Below, piece after piece: positions 11,266 through 25,100 of a DNA stretch of 64,000 nt. How positions within the stretch are numbered: position 1 is the stretch's first letter; the number at the start of each line of letters is the position of its first letter. Location of the stretch: assembly GCA_009103225.1 (NCBI GenBank), contig RHPI01001403.1, positions 1 through 64,000 of the forward strand, written 5' to 3'. Under the pieces are notes generated by a model. That model worked only from the letters and a program-made list of their open reading frames with translations. It was not told where the DNA came from and did not search any database. Source of the DNA: Chlorokybus atmophyticus. Lineage: Eukaryota > Plantae > Mesostigma and Chlorokybus algae. The translations under genes and the position numbers were made by a program.

Positions 11266-13188
11266 GGTGGCGGGCGGCTGCAGTTGTCTCCGCCGCCAGG
11301 GCTAAAAGGGCTCTCTCCGGGAGGGTGGTCAGGAGCACAGCGCAGCAAGCGTCAGCGCCAAGCTGGGCGGGCTGCTTAGCAAACGCCAACGGTGCAGCTG
11401 GAAGCTATTAAACAGATCGTTTGACGTAGATGGCTGCAAGCACCGCTTCAGCCTTGCGCAGGTGCTCTGCAATGCCTTGCCATTGCTGACTGCCTTGCAC
11501 AAAGCTTGTCTAGCTCAATCAATGTTGCAGCTCGTGTACCATTATTTGTATCGCACGCAAGTAACGCAGGCTGATCGGCGCCTGTGTATGTTTGTGCATG
11601 CATGCGTCTACATATAAGGCCGCATACATGCACACCCGCGCGTGCATTCATTCATACACGCACACCTTCACATGTATACATTTGAACACGCGTCTTGCAA
11701 TCAGTCAGTATTTAGCTCGTTGCGCGCAGCAGCAACTTACAGCAAGCCTGCTGTGATATGTGAGTATGTGCACTTCTGTTATCAACGTCCTTACTGTTAC
11801 TGCGGGCAATAGCGATACTGGTTTTGGTCACAAGCGCACGGGTACGGGCTTCTAGTGTCCCTCTTAGACGTTGTAGCATGTCAAAGCTTGCCACGCCAGG
11901 TGCGCATGGTATACAGCGTTTTACCCCCAGTCGACACCCTTGTACATTTTTCCGCAGCTCTACAACACTCGATTGGTGCTAAAACGGCCATCGCTGAACT
12001 GAAACTTTGACAGCAGTTGGGCGCACTGCACCCATTGTAAGGCTGGCCTGCATCGCGCTTGGCTTAGCAGAAGCGGAAGCGCTTCTGGCAATGGGCGGAC
12101 TGGTGTGCAGGAGGCTGCCTGCAGTGCTTACTGCGGGTGCATCCATTGTCACTGACAGTGGATACTGGAACCACATTTTCGTCAACCGTGGTAGTGCTGC
12201 ACAAATCCTGAATGTGGCTGCTCCTGACTATGTTTTCATTGAGTAAGTTTACTTCTGCTACAGCTTTGTTTGTAAAGCATGCAGAGCACTCATTTTGCAA
12301 CAACTGCTGTTCCATGCTTGTAACATTTTGCATGCAAGTAACGGGCAGGGACGAGAGGCAACAGGGGCACTGTCCGCGACGCCAGCGGCAAAATTGACAA
12401 AAAATTTCAGCTACTGTCGGTTCGACAAAGATCATGTGACGGTGCTCGTGCCTTGTCACCTGTGAGTTGGTCCAATCCACAACCCTCTCACCAAGACACG
12501 GTATTCACACCGGAACCTTGCCCCCTCTGCCAAGCACACACGCGCGCCCCGCCACTCGCGTACGCACGCGCATGCGCTCGAAGCTACACACCGACTTGTG
12601 TAGCGCCTTGGATCGTCACACAAACAAGCACACACCGGTGGGCACACGCTAGCAACCCCTGCTAACCACCACCAAGCTTGCACACAAGAAACTAGGGAGC
12701 TAAAGGTTGTCTTGCAAATTGTAGAATGTCACTTTTATACCTACCAGTCTGCACATGCTACTGTCTAGACAATTCTAGCGCTAGACGGACCTAGAAGGTA
12801 AGATATTCTTGCAGAATCTTGTAGTACACTTCTAGACCTTTCCAACGCACCAAACATCTCCTAATTTGCTGCTCATATGGTCAAGTTATACTACTTGGCG
12901 CCAGGCCCTTCCAGAAATCTGGTCGAGCCCTTCTCGACTGGCCCTCCGTTTTCTGGCACCTTCCGGACTGGTCTTGGGGCCCCGGTCGATATCCGCGGCA
13001 GACTCATAACTCGCCGATATCCGCCACAAGTCATTAAAAACATGTACCTTACAAATAAGGCCTAAAACGGCCATGAAAATCACAGAATTTGGCCTTGACT
13101 GTTACANNNNNNNNNNNNNNNNNNNNNNNNNNNNNNNNNNNNNNNNNNNNNNNNNNNNNNNNNNNNNNNNNNNNNNNNNNNNNNNNNN

Positions 13189-14689
13189 GCACTTTGTTGG
13201 GGTCCGGCTTGATGCCTTCATGCAACACAATGTGGCCTAGGTACTCCACCTCTCGAAGCAAGAATTTGCACTTTTGTAGCTGGGCGTACAACTTGTGTTC
13301 GCGCAAACGCTGCAACACGCGCCGTAGAAGTGCCACGTGCTCCTCCTTTGTTGTCGCGTACACCAAAATGTCGTCGAGGTACACGAGGACTCCCTTACCA
13401 ATCAAGTCAGCAAAAACGCTGTTCATAAGCGTTTGAAATGTTGCCGGTGCGTTCGTAAGTCCGAAGGACATGACCAACCACTCGTAGTGCCCATAACGTG
13501 TGTTAAAAGCTGTTTTCTCCACATCCTCGGGCGCGATGCGAATTTGGTGATAACCTCCAGCAAGATCAAGTGTTGTGAAGTACTGCGCACCTTGCAATTG
13601 CTCCAGCAACTCGTCGATACGTGGGAGTGGAAAGCAATTCCTCTTCGTGATGTTGTTGAGAGCTCGGTAGTCGACGCACATGCGCAAGCTCCCGTTCTTC
13701 TTTCGTACAAACAAAATAGGTGCACCATAGGGGGACTTACTAGGCCTGATGTAGCCTCTTTTCAGCAAGTCCGCCACCTGCCTCTCGGCCTCTTCCAGTT
13801 CCAAAGGTGACAACTTGTATACGGGTCGATACGGTGGCTTGTGCACGCCCTCAATCAGCTCCACACGGTGGTCTACGCTCCGTGGAGGTGGTAGACCAGA
13901 TGGAAGTCCGTCCACCATGATATCTTGGTATTCTTTAACAAGTTTACACACCTCGGGGTCCATAGTAGCCGTCTGAACATCGTCACTCAGCTCCGGTGCT
14001 GACTTTGCAGTGTTTTCGCGCACCACGCACAACCATGCAGCCTTTGCCTTCCGTGGAGACAATAACTTCCTCAATTGCACATAAGAGATCTGGGCAATTG
14101 TCGTACCACCTAATTGTGCGTGCCGCGCCTCGATGACGTCCGATGCAGCTTGAATGGACTCTCCACCGTTTCGCTCGATGGTGAGCACGCGCTTCCTCCA
14201 ATTGATGGCTGGATTATGTTGCCATAGCCACGGTAGTCCCAAAATCCCATCAAACCCGTTCCGTAGGGTGATGCAGCAAAACCGCATGCTCTCCTTCATC
14301 TTCCCAATGCAAACGCACAACTCTTTGGTCATAAACGCAGCGCCATCACCTCCAGAGGGTGGCTCTCCATCAGCGAGCTTCACTTCACCTCCTCGTAATG
14401 ACGAAAGCCAACCGTAACGCCGCGCGATATCAATACTCATGAAGTTGCTGTTGGCACCGCTATCAATCATGAGCTTACACTCTCTCCATCGTCCTTGGTC
14501 ATCGCAAATGTGTGCTCGAAGCCCGAAGTACTTTGTTGTCTCCTCGTTTGCATAACTCACCACCATTGGCGCGTTCAAAGCCATCTCCTCTTGCTTCTTT
14601 AATGGAAATGTCACAGCATCCGTCCGTGCATGAGGCTCCTTCCTATCCCCAGCAGTAGCCTCCTCACCTACTGGGGGAAGTCGTTTTCC
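13189..14689 (-). CDS. Gypsy pol (protease LMIDSGANSNF, RT YLDD), in the -1 frame relative to gag, runs into the N gap
   Basis: ORF 13049..14614. The frame stays open upstream across the gag stop codon. Confidence 0.9.
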
Positions 14690-15747
14690 TGCTCCACGCC
14701 ATTTTGCTCCATGGTGTTGACGCGACGATCACGGCGAGGGTTGCCATCCGGTGTTGGCCTTTGCGTGCTTCGTTTGGGGCATCCGTACGCCAAATGCTCC
14801 GTCGACCCACACGCATAACACTTGCGCACACCTTTACCTCTTTCACCACGTCCGCCGTGCTTCGCCTCACTTCCATGCGTGTGTATGGCACCCACCTCCA
14901 TTGGTGCAGGCCCAGAGTCAGCTCCACCTCCATTGGCAAGTGCTGAACTTGGTTCTCCTCGTCTCCATGCATGTTGAAAGCCTCCCCGGGGCTGATCACC
15001 ATGCCTTTGCCTCCAGTCAGTGTTTCTTGTGGTGGACTTGAAGTACAACGCGTCGAGACGCTCCGCGATGCGTATAGCCTCCGCGAGTGTCTTCGGGTCC
15101 CGTAGCTCCACTTCTTTACGCCCCAAAGGTTTTAAACCACGTGTATACCTGTCCAACTGCTCCTCCTCGGTCATATTGGGTATGGACATCACCAATCGCT
15201 GAAACGCGGCCGTGTACGCCATCACCGACCCCATTTGCACAAGGGCTGCAAGTTTGTCGCGTGCGGCCTTCACGCTCTCAACGGGAACAAATTGATGCCT
15301 GACCTCCAGTGCCAACTCTTCCATGGTGGTCAATGGTAGCGCCAACCCGTTTGCAACACGCGTACATCGATGCCTCCACCACACAAGTGCTGCACCTTCA
15401 AGCAATGTCGCTGCAACCTCCACGTGCAGATGCGTGGGCACCTCCGTGAGCTTCAACCAAGACGATACTTGAAAAATCCATTCATCCACTGCATCTCCAT
15501 CACGTTGACCCTTGAATGGCTTGGGCTTTGGCACCTTCACATGCACGCGCGAGCTTGATGCCATGGGAATTTGTACACGCGCCATCGCATGCTCATACGC
15601 CTCGCGTTGTGCTTGTGCCGCCGCTTGAGTGTGATGAAGCTCTTCCCTCAGTGCCAAGATGGCAGCTTGAAGCTCTTCCATGCGAGCATCCTCCATCTCC
15701 ACTAACACACTACACTCCGCTTCCGAATGAAAAGTGTAAACGCCCAC
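14668..15747 (-). CDS. Gypsy gag (KPKPFKG..DEWIF, zinc knuckle CYACGSTEHLAYGC)
   Basis: 359-aa ORF between the PBS and pol. Confidence 0.9.
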   Translation of the reverse strand: MGVYTFHSEAECSVLVEMEDARMEELQAAILALREELHHTQAAAQAQREAYEHAMARVQIPMASSSRVHVKVPKPKPFKGQRDGDAVDEWIFQVSSWLKLTEVPTHLHVEVAATLLEGAALVWWRHRCTRVANGLALPLTTMEELALEVRHQFVPVESVKAARDKLAALVQMGSVMAYTAAFQRLVMSIPNMTEEEQLDRYTRGLKPLGRKEVELRDPKTLAEAIRIAERLDALYFKSTTRNTDWRQRHGDQPRGGFQHAWRRGEPSSALANGGGADSGPAPMEVGAIHTHGSEAKHGGRGERGKGVRKCYACGSTEHLAYGCPKRSTQRPTPDGNPRRDRRVNTMEQNGVEQENDFPQ

Positions 15748-16979
15748 ACACTTCCTCTCTCACCTTCGTAAACCGTGCTCCGATACCAGTTGTGACGGTG
15801 CTCGTGCCTTGTCACCTGTGAGTTGGTCCAATCCACAACCCTCTCACCAAGACACGGTATTCACACCGGAACCTTGCCCCCTCTGCCAAGCACACACGCG
15901 CGCCCCGCCACTCGCGTACGCACGCGCATGCGCTCGAAGCTACACACCGACTTGTGTAGCGCCTTGGATCGTCACACAAGCAAGCACACACCGGTGGGCA
16001 CACGCTAGCAACCCCTGCTAACCACCACCAAGCTTGCACACAAGAAACTAGGGAGCTAAAGGTTGTATTGCAAATTGTAGAATGTCACTTTTATACCTAC
16101 CAGTCTGCACATGCTACTGTCTAGACGATTCTAGCGCTAGACGGAACTAGAAGCTAAGATATTCTTGCAGAATCTTGTAGTACACTTCTAGACCTTTCCA
16201 ACGCACCAAACATCTCCTAATTTGCTGCTCATATGGTCAAGTTATACTACTTGGCGCCAGGCCCTTCCAGAAATCTGGTCGAGCCCTTCTCGACTGGCCC
16301 TCCGTTTTCTGGCACCTTCCGGACTGGTCTTGGGGCCCCGGTCGATATCCGCGGCAGACTCATAACTCGCCGATATCCGCCACAAGTCATTGGAAACATG
16401 TACCTTACAAATAAGGCCTAAAACGGCCATGAAAATCACAGAATTTGGCCTTGACTGTTACAGATCACGTGCAGAGACTTGCCGACCAGCTGCAATGAGA
16501 CAACATTAACATCATTGTGGTCTACAAAAATCGGTAACAATTATGGCCGGAATGGGCAACTGCTGTACGATGGCATAAAGGTACCGCTTGTCACATCAAT
16601 CTTAGCAGTGAACACTCCACGCATCACTGTCAACAATACAACCCAACCTTTGGCAACGTATGTAATAAGCAGGCACGTTTGCATAATAGCAATGCATTGT
16701 GATCAGTTTGCTGTGTTTACTCATGATGCTTCATGTATTTGTTGCCTGTGTTGAGCATCAAAGTTGTCATTGAAAGAGCCGACCGCAGCTGACATGATGG
16801 GAGCGAGAACGCAGAATGAGTAGTACACGACCGTATCAAACAAGGGTAGTGAGGAGCGGTATCTCTTTGGGTAGTTGTTTCTAGTCATCTTCCGGCCCCT
16901 CGGAGAAAAAAAGCATGTACCTGCGCAGATTTGAAAGTCAACTACTTCATCCTTGAAGGTTAGCAGGCAAGCCAATCCT

Positions 16980-18731
16980 CCTGCTAAACATTTCAAAGGT
17001 GACCGTGCGGTTATTGCAAAATTGATCGACCTGCTCTTAATTTGCTACCCACAAGTGTACGTTTTGCAAAACTTAAGCTTATTGTTGCTTGCTTGTTGTT
17101 CAATGCATGTGCTTATAGACGGCGCGCGACGTATGAATCATGGAGACCCTAGCGAAGCTCTTGATCCAAGCATTTGTGCAGACCTCTGCTGACAATTATG
17201 CCAAACTCAAAGCATATCGTGCCGGTGATGACAGTGCGCAAGCAGAGCGCTTAACAAGATCAAGTGCACGCAAGTCAAACGACATGCATACGCATCGCAA
17301 TTTGAAATTTTGTGCAATTAAAAGCATGATGCTTACTGATGAAATCTCCGCACCAACCTGACATGACAAGGTTGTATGGGATCTCTTGCGTACAGCATAC
17401 AAATGGCATGTCGCTGGCATGTTGCCTGCTGATTTTATCGGCAAGTCCAATATCTTGTGTGCGAGAAGCAACACGCTTTGGCTTGCGGCTGAGCCGATTG
17501 ACATAGCCAACTACCACCGGCTCGAACTGTGGAAAAGGTGGCCTATTGGCAGTTAACATTACCTTAAGGTGAAAAAACCACCCAAGCACTACACGTCGTT
17601 CGAGCAGTATAAGAAACATGATAAGACTCCACTGGTACTGCTGTCGTCTGTACAACATGTGTTAGAGGCTACTGAAGCAAACTCCTGAGCTGCTGTGCAA
17701 GTTCAGAACCTCTTAGGTAGGATATATATAAATTTTGTTGATCAAAGTAATCATGAGCATCATCATGTTGATGTCATTGAAGGATTCTACCCAACACTTG
17801 TCAAAGCTGCCTTTCTCTTGTATGCTGTCAGCACTGTTTGGCATGGGCGTTTCTGTATGTTGGTTGTGGGTATCTTGTGCATGCAGTATGCAGTACCTGA
17901 TATGCGGATCCCACCACTCCTAATATTCATAGAGATGATGCATTTGCTGATGCATGCTGGCAGTCACATAGTTACAAACATTGCAAGATTGTTGTTACAT
18001 TCTTTGCACTTGAAAGCATCGACGTTGCTCACAAATTTCGCGGAACAAACAGCAATCGTTGAACCGCGTTATGGCTATATGGCTCATCTTTGGAGGAATG
18101 ACACAGCACAATAAGCTAGCCACAAGACTGGAGAAACGAGACCAATAGAATGCTCGCATCTCAATAGGCTGCATGCATACTGCATGTTGCAATCACGCTT
18201 TAAACAGTCGTTATACTTATTTTGGCATAGCCCTATAGCAAGGGGTGGGGTCACTTAGTGATTCATCAGCGTGTAGAGGTCAACAAACCTGAGCTGATGC
18301 CGTCATTAGGAATGTACAACAACTTGTTCAGTTGACAGTCATGCTGCACATGCAACTACTTATGAATGCAACCATAAGTGTCACATGCGACCACATTTTG
18401 CTCGAATGCTACTTTCCAATGCTTATCAACGGTGGATACGCAACACCTGTGTTGCCACGACAAATTGAGCTGTCTGTATAACAAAAGAGAGTCGACCCAC
18501 TTTAACAGCTTGCAGCGCGCACATCAACTCCACATTGAATGCGTAACGTGTTGATTATGGAAGGTCTCCATACTTCATAAGTCGCGCGCCGTCTATAAGC
18601 ACATGCATTGAACGACGAAGCAAGCAATAATAAGCTTTTTTTTTGCCAAACGTACACTTGTGGGTAGCAAATTAAAGCAGGTCGATCAATTTTGCGATAA
18701 CCGCACGGTCACCTTTAACATGTTTAGCAGG
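16980..18731. mobile_element. ~1.75-kb element with ~158-bp terminal inverted repeats and degenerate internal coding sequence (foldback/MULE-like, unclassified)
   Basis: 16980 to about 17137 (CCTGCTAAACA...GACGGCGCGCGAC.TATGAA) is the reverse complement of about 18574-18731. No clear TSD. Confidence 0.75.
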
Positions 18732-19283
18732 CATGTACAAAATAGATAAATCATCAACATTGAGATCATAAATTTGTACACATGTATGCGGTAACATAAA
18801 GCTTGTCAACAAACCGTCCGACAATTATATGCGCGCATAGTTAAGTTTTAGTGTGTGGAATAATCTGTGTGTTGAGTGGGTAGGGGTTGGGGTGAGGTTG
18901 CAGAATTGCGTTGCGTAGTGCGCGTGTGTATTTATATGAGCGCGTGTTGCATGCGTTAGACTTGGGTTCATGTATGCTGTTGTCGTGATATACAGACGGA
19001 TGGAAGCGGAAAAGCTTTGAACTTGAAGACAGATTTGCCGAATTGAGTCAATACCTTCAGCACAGCTTCATACATGCGCGCAGGATGAGAATGCCAAGAA
19101 TGCCATTACGTACGGTGCGCGCTCTGCAGTTAACACCGCAACAAAACTTGTTAATGAAGCACAATCGCGACTCTGATGAGACAAATAACCAATCGAGCCA
19201 ACCAACCGCCCATTCAAGTTCACCTCGTAGGCGGCGCCCAATCCTGCGGTTGTCGTCCATTCGAATTCGCAAGCCTAACCCAT

Positions 19284-19730
19284 CACACGGTGCCTGCAGC
19301 AGAATCCGTTCTCGGCACAAGCCAGTTGTGCCGTCAGCGGCACCTGCCTTCGAGTTCTGCGAGCAGTTCTTCTCCCAAGACGGCACAAGTCGCTTTGTGC
19401 CGGCAAAGGATCGTAAGTCACCATCCGTCAGCCGGCACAAGCTGGTTACTGCCGCTGACGGGGCAAACTGCGTTGGGCCGACCTCGGCACAGCAGTACTT
19501 CTAACGTCTTCGGCACAGCAGCGCTTATGCCGTCTTCGGCACAATAGCACTTCTGCCAACTTTGGCACAGCAGCGATCCTACCGTCTTCGGCACAGCAAC
19601 CATCCTGCGGTTTTCGAGACAATAGCGCTTCTGCCGTCTTCGGCACAGTAGCACTTCTGCCGACGTCGGCACAGCAGCAGCAGCAGTCGTGCCGTTGACG
19701 GCACAGCTCCTGGTGTGTTTACCTCGGTGG
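19284..19730. mobile_element. Left terminus (CACACGGTGCCTGCAG) and subterminal repeats of a second copy of the CACA(C/T)GG family
   Basis: Terminus matches 11265. Followed by GGCACA/TGTGCC motifs and about 8 copies of a ~26-bp unit (GTCTTCGGCACAGYAGCRCTTCTGCC) at about 19484-19710. Confidence 0.7.
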
Positions 19731-22152
19731 ACCAGCAGTCATGCCGATAACGGCCCAGCCATCTTCATTCCACAATTAGCAGCACAATATAGCAGGCATA
19801 TGCAGGCAAATTGCAGGCAGTTTTCCTTGTAAAGAAATCTTAACCTCATATGGAAGTTACATTGTACCATGTACTCTTTACTAGTACTAGAATAGGCTCC
19901 AATTGTTTGCAAGAAGCTAACTGCTACCAGGAAGCTAATCGCTGGTAGCAAGCTAAACTGCTAACAAGAAGTCAGATTTTTAGCAGGAAGCTAGATTGGC
20001 GGCTGCAAGGAAGCTGCATGGAAGCTAGACTGGTTGTTGCAAGAAAGATGAGCGAAGGTCTTCAGCTTGGTACCCAATTATGGACCGGGTTGGCGCTTGG
20101 CTTGACTATTCAAGTGCCAGCCATAGCGTGCTTCTCCAGAGTCATCCTGTACCAGCCAGCGCTTGTTGACTGCAAATGTAGCAAGCATGAGACCGATCTG
20201 CGAGTCAGTGAACTTTGCAAGCAGATGGTCCTCCTTCGGCAGCCTCCCAATCTGCGTCCCGTATGTCCCCCTCCAGGAAGTGTACACCTCCAGCAAGCTC
20301 TCGCGGTTGGGAACATTGGCGCAAAAGGTATTGCAGCAGATGCCAGCCAAGTGCATGAGGTGGTCAGAGCAACGATTGATCTGCAAGCAAGAATTGTTAC
20401 AAGTGTACATCATGCAAGCATGCTGCACACGTTACAACTGCAACGTTCTTACCCTCTGATTGATGTCATGCTGGACTTCTGGCTGCACGCGCTTGTCAGC
20501 CACGAGCGCGCGCACGCATCTTGGGGTGACTTCTGCAATGCAGTCGCCTGAAGAGCAGTCTAAGCAAGAGCAGACTGCAGACGAGGCTACCAAGGATGCA
20601 GGCCAAGCACAACTGCGTCCCTGCATCACTCAAGCAGCCGCATTGCATGTCACGCATATAGTCTTCCTTGCAGTTACGCTTGCAATGTGCTGTGCCGCAG
20701 CACACACTCTACTACGCTCACCAAGATATTGCTGCACAAGTGCTCGTCCCCGGTCAGCTGGCCAGCATACCCGTCCGTGTCACGTACTGGCATGTAGACG
20801 CGTTGATCACCGATACCCTTGGCGTTGTACCACTCCAGCACCTTCACTTTGTAGCTGCGCCAAGGAGTCTCTTGCTCAAGCACCTCCAGTACTTGACCGC
20901 GCCCAACAGCCACAACCCTGCGGCTGCTGCTGCCGCTGGTGCTTGCAGCATCTCCTGCGGGTCTGCAGCACCAGCCGCATTTGAATTCCTTACGAGTGCG
21001 GGTGCAAAGCCTTGTGCAAGAGGATAAATGGCGTACCTGAAAGCCACCCAGTCCTCACGCAGCTGCGCTTGAGAAGGCGGCTTAGCAGTCAACAAGGCAA
21101 GCAGCACAGCATTTTTGCTGGAGGGAAAGTCTGCAACGGTGAAATGTGGGCCAAGCCCGTAGTCTGTGCGCGAGCGGCGTGGAGCTGGCTCCTCTGCGTC
21201 AGCGCGCTTCTCAGCGCGTGCAGCGCGCATCTTCTCCTTGCGCTGCTACTCACGGGTCAAGCCTACCGTTTCGCCTGGCGTTATTGGATGGCCCCGTCTT
21301 GCATTATCCACAAACCGGCGGATTTGCTCACGAATCCATTCTGCAAACAAGAGGCAGTGAGCAGTCATTCTGCAGAAAGCACAAGACATCTGGCAGGTGG
21401 CATATAGACGCACATGCGCATAGGCAGACGCAGATTACTTACTTGCAGGCCAGCGCAATGTCTGTCCGTTGATCTCCAGCGGAGTGTGATTCTGCATTAC
21501 ATCCGCCACCACCTTGTAACGATGCACGTGCTCACATACACAGCACACAAGTCATACAACACATGTGTGCAGCTGAGCACAATCTTTACACCGGAACCTT
21601 GCCTTCACTCGCGCACGCATGCACGCGTCGAGCGCGCCCACGCACACGAACACTACTACTTCTCACGCCAAGCAAGAACGCAGCAGTGTGCCTTGGACCA
21701 CAACTCCCTCAAGCATGCACCAGCATACTCACAGCAGAGAGCAGAAAACAAAGTTGGTTGCATTACACAGGGTTTTTCTATTTATACAAGCACTTAGGAA
21801 GAAATAGCCTAATTAACAGGCATTTCATTATTCACTACCAAATTCGAAGGCAGGTCCAAGTGCAGGCTCCCCGCCACGCGCGTTGGGCCTTCGGCGGCTG
21901 TGTGACTGTGCAGTCCGCGTCACCTGGCACTGCACAGCGCGTGTCCAGTCAGCGGCTGTGTCACAACCGCGTGGCAGGTGGGTCACGTCGCCGAATTAGC
22001 TGCTGTCGAGCAGGTCGCAGGCAAGTCGCGCGTGGCAGCAGGGGCAGGCGCCACATGGGCTTAATAAAGCTCATAAAAGCCCTCATCAAGCCAGCCAAAA
22101 AGGCAAAATAAGTACTTTATGTACAATAAAATACAAAAAATGCCCCAGGCTG

Positions 22153-25100
22153 TTACACCCCTTCCACCCCGGGGGAGCTTCGTCCTCGAAGCTGACGACT
22201 GCCTCCTCTGGCCTTGTAGTCTTGCAAGACCTGTTTGGCATTGGTAAAGCTCTCCTCGGGCTCGTATGTCGCCTCGTGCATTGGATAGCCACGCCACTTC
22301 ACCAAATACTTGCGCACGCCTCGGATCAGCTTGTCTGTGACAATTGCTTCCACTTCCCACTCAGCCTCACCTTCACGAACCACATCTGGAGGCGGACGAG
22401 CTGGTGGCTCCCCTCGATAACCTTTAAGAAGCGAGACATGAAAAACAGGGTGCACATGCATGGTATTGGGCAGCTCCAGCTTGTAGGCCACCTTCGAGAT
22501 GACCTTGATCACTTTAAAGGGCCCAAACCATCGCTCACTCAGCTTGCGCACCCCCGTGACCAGCTGCACATGCTTGGTCGAAAGCATTACAAGGTCACCC
22601 TCCTCGAACACAACATCCTTGCGACGCGCATCGGCGTATTGCTTTTGCCGGTTTTGCGCCACAAGCAGAGCCTCTCTAGCTGCCTTGGTAATGTCGGCAC
22701 ACCTTTCAAGAAAGCCGTCCATGGCCTCCACATCTGAACTTTGCATGCTAGGCACCCACGCCGTCAATGGCGTCAATGGATGTTGCCCATAGTTCATAAG
22801 GAAAGGTGTCACGCCCGTGCTTGCACTCTTGTGGTTGTTAATGGTGAACTCAATCAGCTCCANTTCAATCAGCTACAGCATGTCTCCCCAATTGTCTTGG
22901 CGGCTGTTCACATAGCACCGTAGCATGTCTTCGATGATGCGGTTGGCACGCTCCGTTTGGCCGTCCGTTTCAGGGTGGTACGCGGTGCTGAACTTCAAGC
23001 TCGTGCCTAGAGTTGCGTGGAGAGCTCTCCAAAAGTTGCCAGTAAACCGCGGGTCTCTATCACTGATAATGCTTCTTGGAAGGCCATGAGAGCGCACCAC
23101 ATGCTTGATGAACAACTTGGCAGCCTCGGGAGCTGTGCAAGTCTCCGTACATGGCGCCAATCGCACCATTTTGCTAGTCTTGTCCACAAACACCAAGATA
23201 GCATCATGCCCTTCACGTGTCCGTGGCAGCCCCGTGATGAAGTCAAGAGTAACTTGCTCCCACTTCGTCAAAGGTATCGGCAATGGTTGGAGCAGCCCAC
23301 TGGCGCGTTGATTGCTCGCCTTCACCCTTTGACAAGTGTCGCACAATGCCACATAGTCCTTAACGTCACGATGCATCTCCGACCAGAAAACTTTTTGTTT
23401 CAACAAGGCTAGTGTCCGTTTCAGCCCTTGATGACCAGCCATTGGCACATCATGCGCTTCCTTCATCAATGCCACGCGCATGTGCGCAATGTTGGGTATG
23501 TACATGCGATCGCCATGCCATAGCAGCCCGTCCTTCAATGCCCAAAGGCCGCTATGTTCAGTCCCATTCTCCAACGCCTCAATGGTCTTCTCCCCCACCG
23601 CGTCCTCATGCAATAAGGCACGGATCTGGTCAAGCCACTTGGGCTGCACTTGCACCACCGTTTCAAGCGCGTTGAGTTGACGGCTTAATGCGTCCGCAAC
23701 CTTATTTGAAGAGCCCGGCTTGTACTTCACTTCAAAGTCGAAGAGTTGGAAGAACTCGAGCCAACGAGCTTGCCGCCGTGAGAGGTGAGGCTGCGTTTGA
23801 AGGTACCTTAATGGCGAGTGGTCCGTCTCAAGTGTGAACCGCTTGCCTTCAAGGAAACAACGCCATTGCCGTAGCGCTAGCACCTGCGCCAGCAATTCCT
23901 TCTCATGAACGGGGTAGTTGAGCTCAGCCCCGCTCATTTTCTTGCTGAAATAGGCCACCGGTTGCAAGCCGTTGCCGTGATCCTGCTGCAAAACAGCCCC
24001 AATAGCCTTGTCGGATGCATCACACGCTACCACAAAGGGCAATTGCATGTTGGGATGCAGCAGCACGGGAGCCGATGTCAGGGCCTCTTTCAAGTCGGAA
24101 AATGCCTTTGTAGCAGCCTCCGACCAGCTCCAAGCCACCCCCTTCCTCAACAATGCCGTCAATGGTGCCGCCAAGTGCGAAAAGCCCTTTACAAACTTAC
24201 GATAGTAACCGGCAAGCCCTAGGAACGACATGACACCCTTCACGTCCTTCGGGGCAGCCCAATCGCGCACCGCGGCAAGCTTGCTTGGATCTGCCTTGAT
24301 TCCTTGCTTGGATACAATGTGGCCAAGGTATTCTACCTCTTCAAGCAAGAAGCGGCACTTGTTGAGCTGAGCAAACAACTTGTGTGTACGTAAACGCTGC
24401 ATCACCTCGTGTAGCAATGCCACGTGCTCTCTCTTGCTCTTTGTGTACACAAGGATGTCGTCGAGGTACACTAGCACGCCCTTGCCAATCAAATCAGCAA
24501 AGACCTCATTCGTCAAGGTTTGAAAGGTTGCCGGAGCATTTGTCATGCCAAAGGACATCACCAACCACTCATAGTGGCCATAGCGAGTGTTGAAAGCCGT
24601 CTTCTCAACGTCTTCGGGCGCAACACGGATCTGATGGTAGCCACCAGCTAGGTCCAAGCTTAAGAAGAACTCAGCACCCTCGAGCTGCTCCAACAACTCA
24701 TCAATGCGTGGCAGAGGGAACACATTCTTCTTGGTGATGTTGTTGAGTGGCCGATAGTCGATGCACATGCGCAAGGCTCCGCTCTTCTTACGTACAAATA
24801 GGATAGGTGCACCGTAAGGAGACTTGCTGTGCCTGATGTACCCACGTTGTAGAAGGTCCTCGACTTGGCTCCTCGCCTCTTCGAGTTCAGCCGGAGACAA
24901 CTTGTACACCGGTCGGTACGGCGGCTTGTGCACGCCCTCTATCAGTTCCACACGGTGATCAACACTTCGCGTGGGTGGCAGACCAGCTGGTAGCCCATCC
25001 ACCATGACGTCTTTGAACTCTTCAAGCAACCTCTGCACCTCGGGGTCCTTCGAACTCTCCGAACCAGTGCCGACCAGCTCCAAGTCCGACTTGGGAGGTG

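Larger units (their letters stand above)
12435..16462 (-). mobile_element. Ty3/Gypsy LTR retrotransposon (element 1), young; 3' part of pol lost in an assembly gap
   Basis: 672-bp LTRs at 12435-13106 and 15791-16462 with only a handful of mismatches. TSD GATCA (12430-12434 / 16463-16467). PBS TGGTATCGGAGC (tRNA-iMet) next to the 5' LTR. N run at 13107-13188. Confidence 0.96.

Noticed and set aside
13107-13188. Gypsy 1 as a short non-autonomous element lacking RNase H and integrase
   Set aside because: The missing part falls exactly in an N gap.
19484-19710. CRISPR-like array of ~26-bp repeats (also the 62-, 96- and 151-bp repeats)
   Set aside because: The units are contiguous tandem copies without unique spacers, no cas genes are present, and the context is eukaryotic.
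22813-22873. Inactivating stop or frameshift in Gypsy 2 integrase
   Set aside because: It coincides with a lone N and a duplicated CTGATTGA overlap, typical of a contig join. Pol is probably intact.
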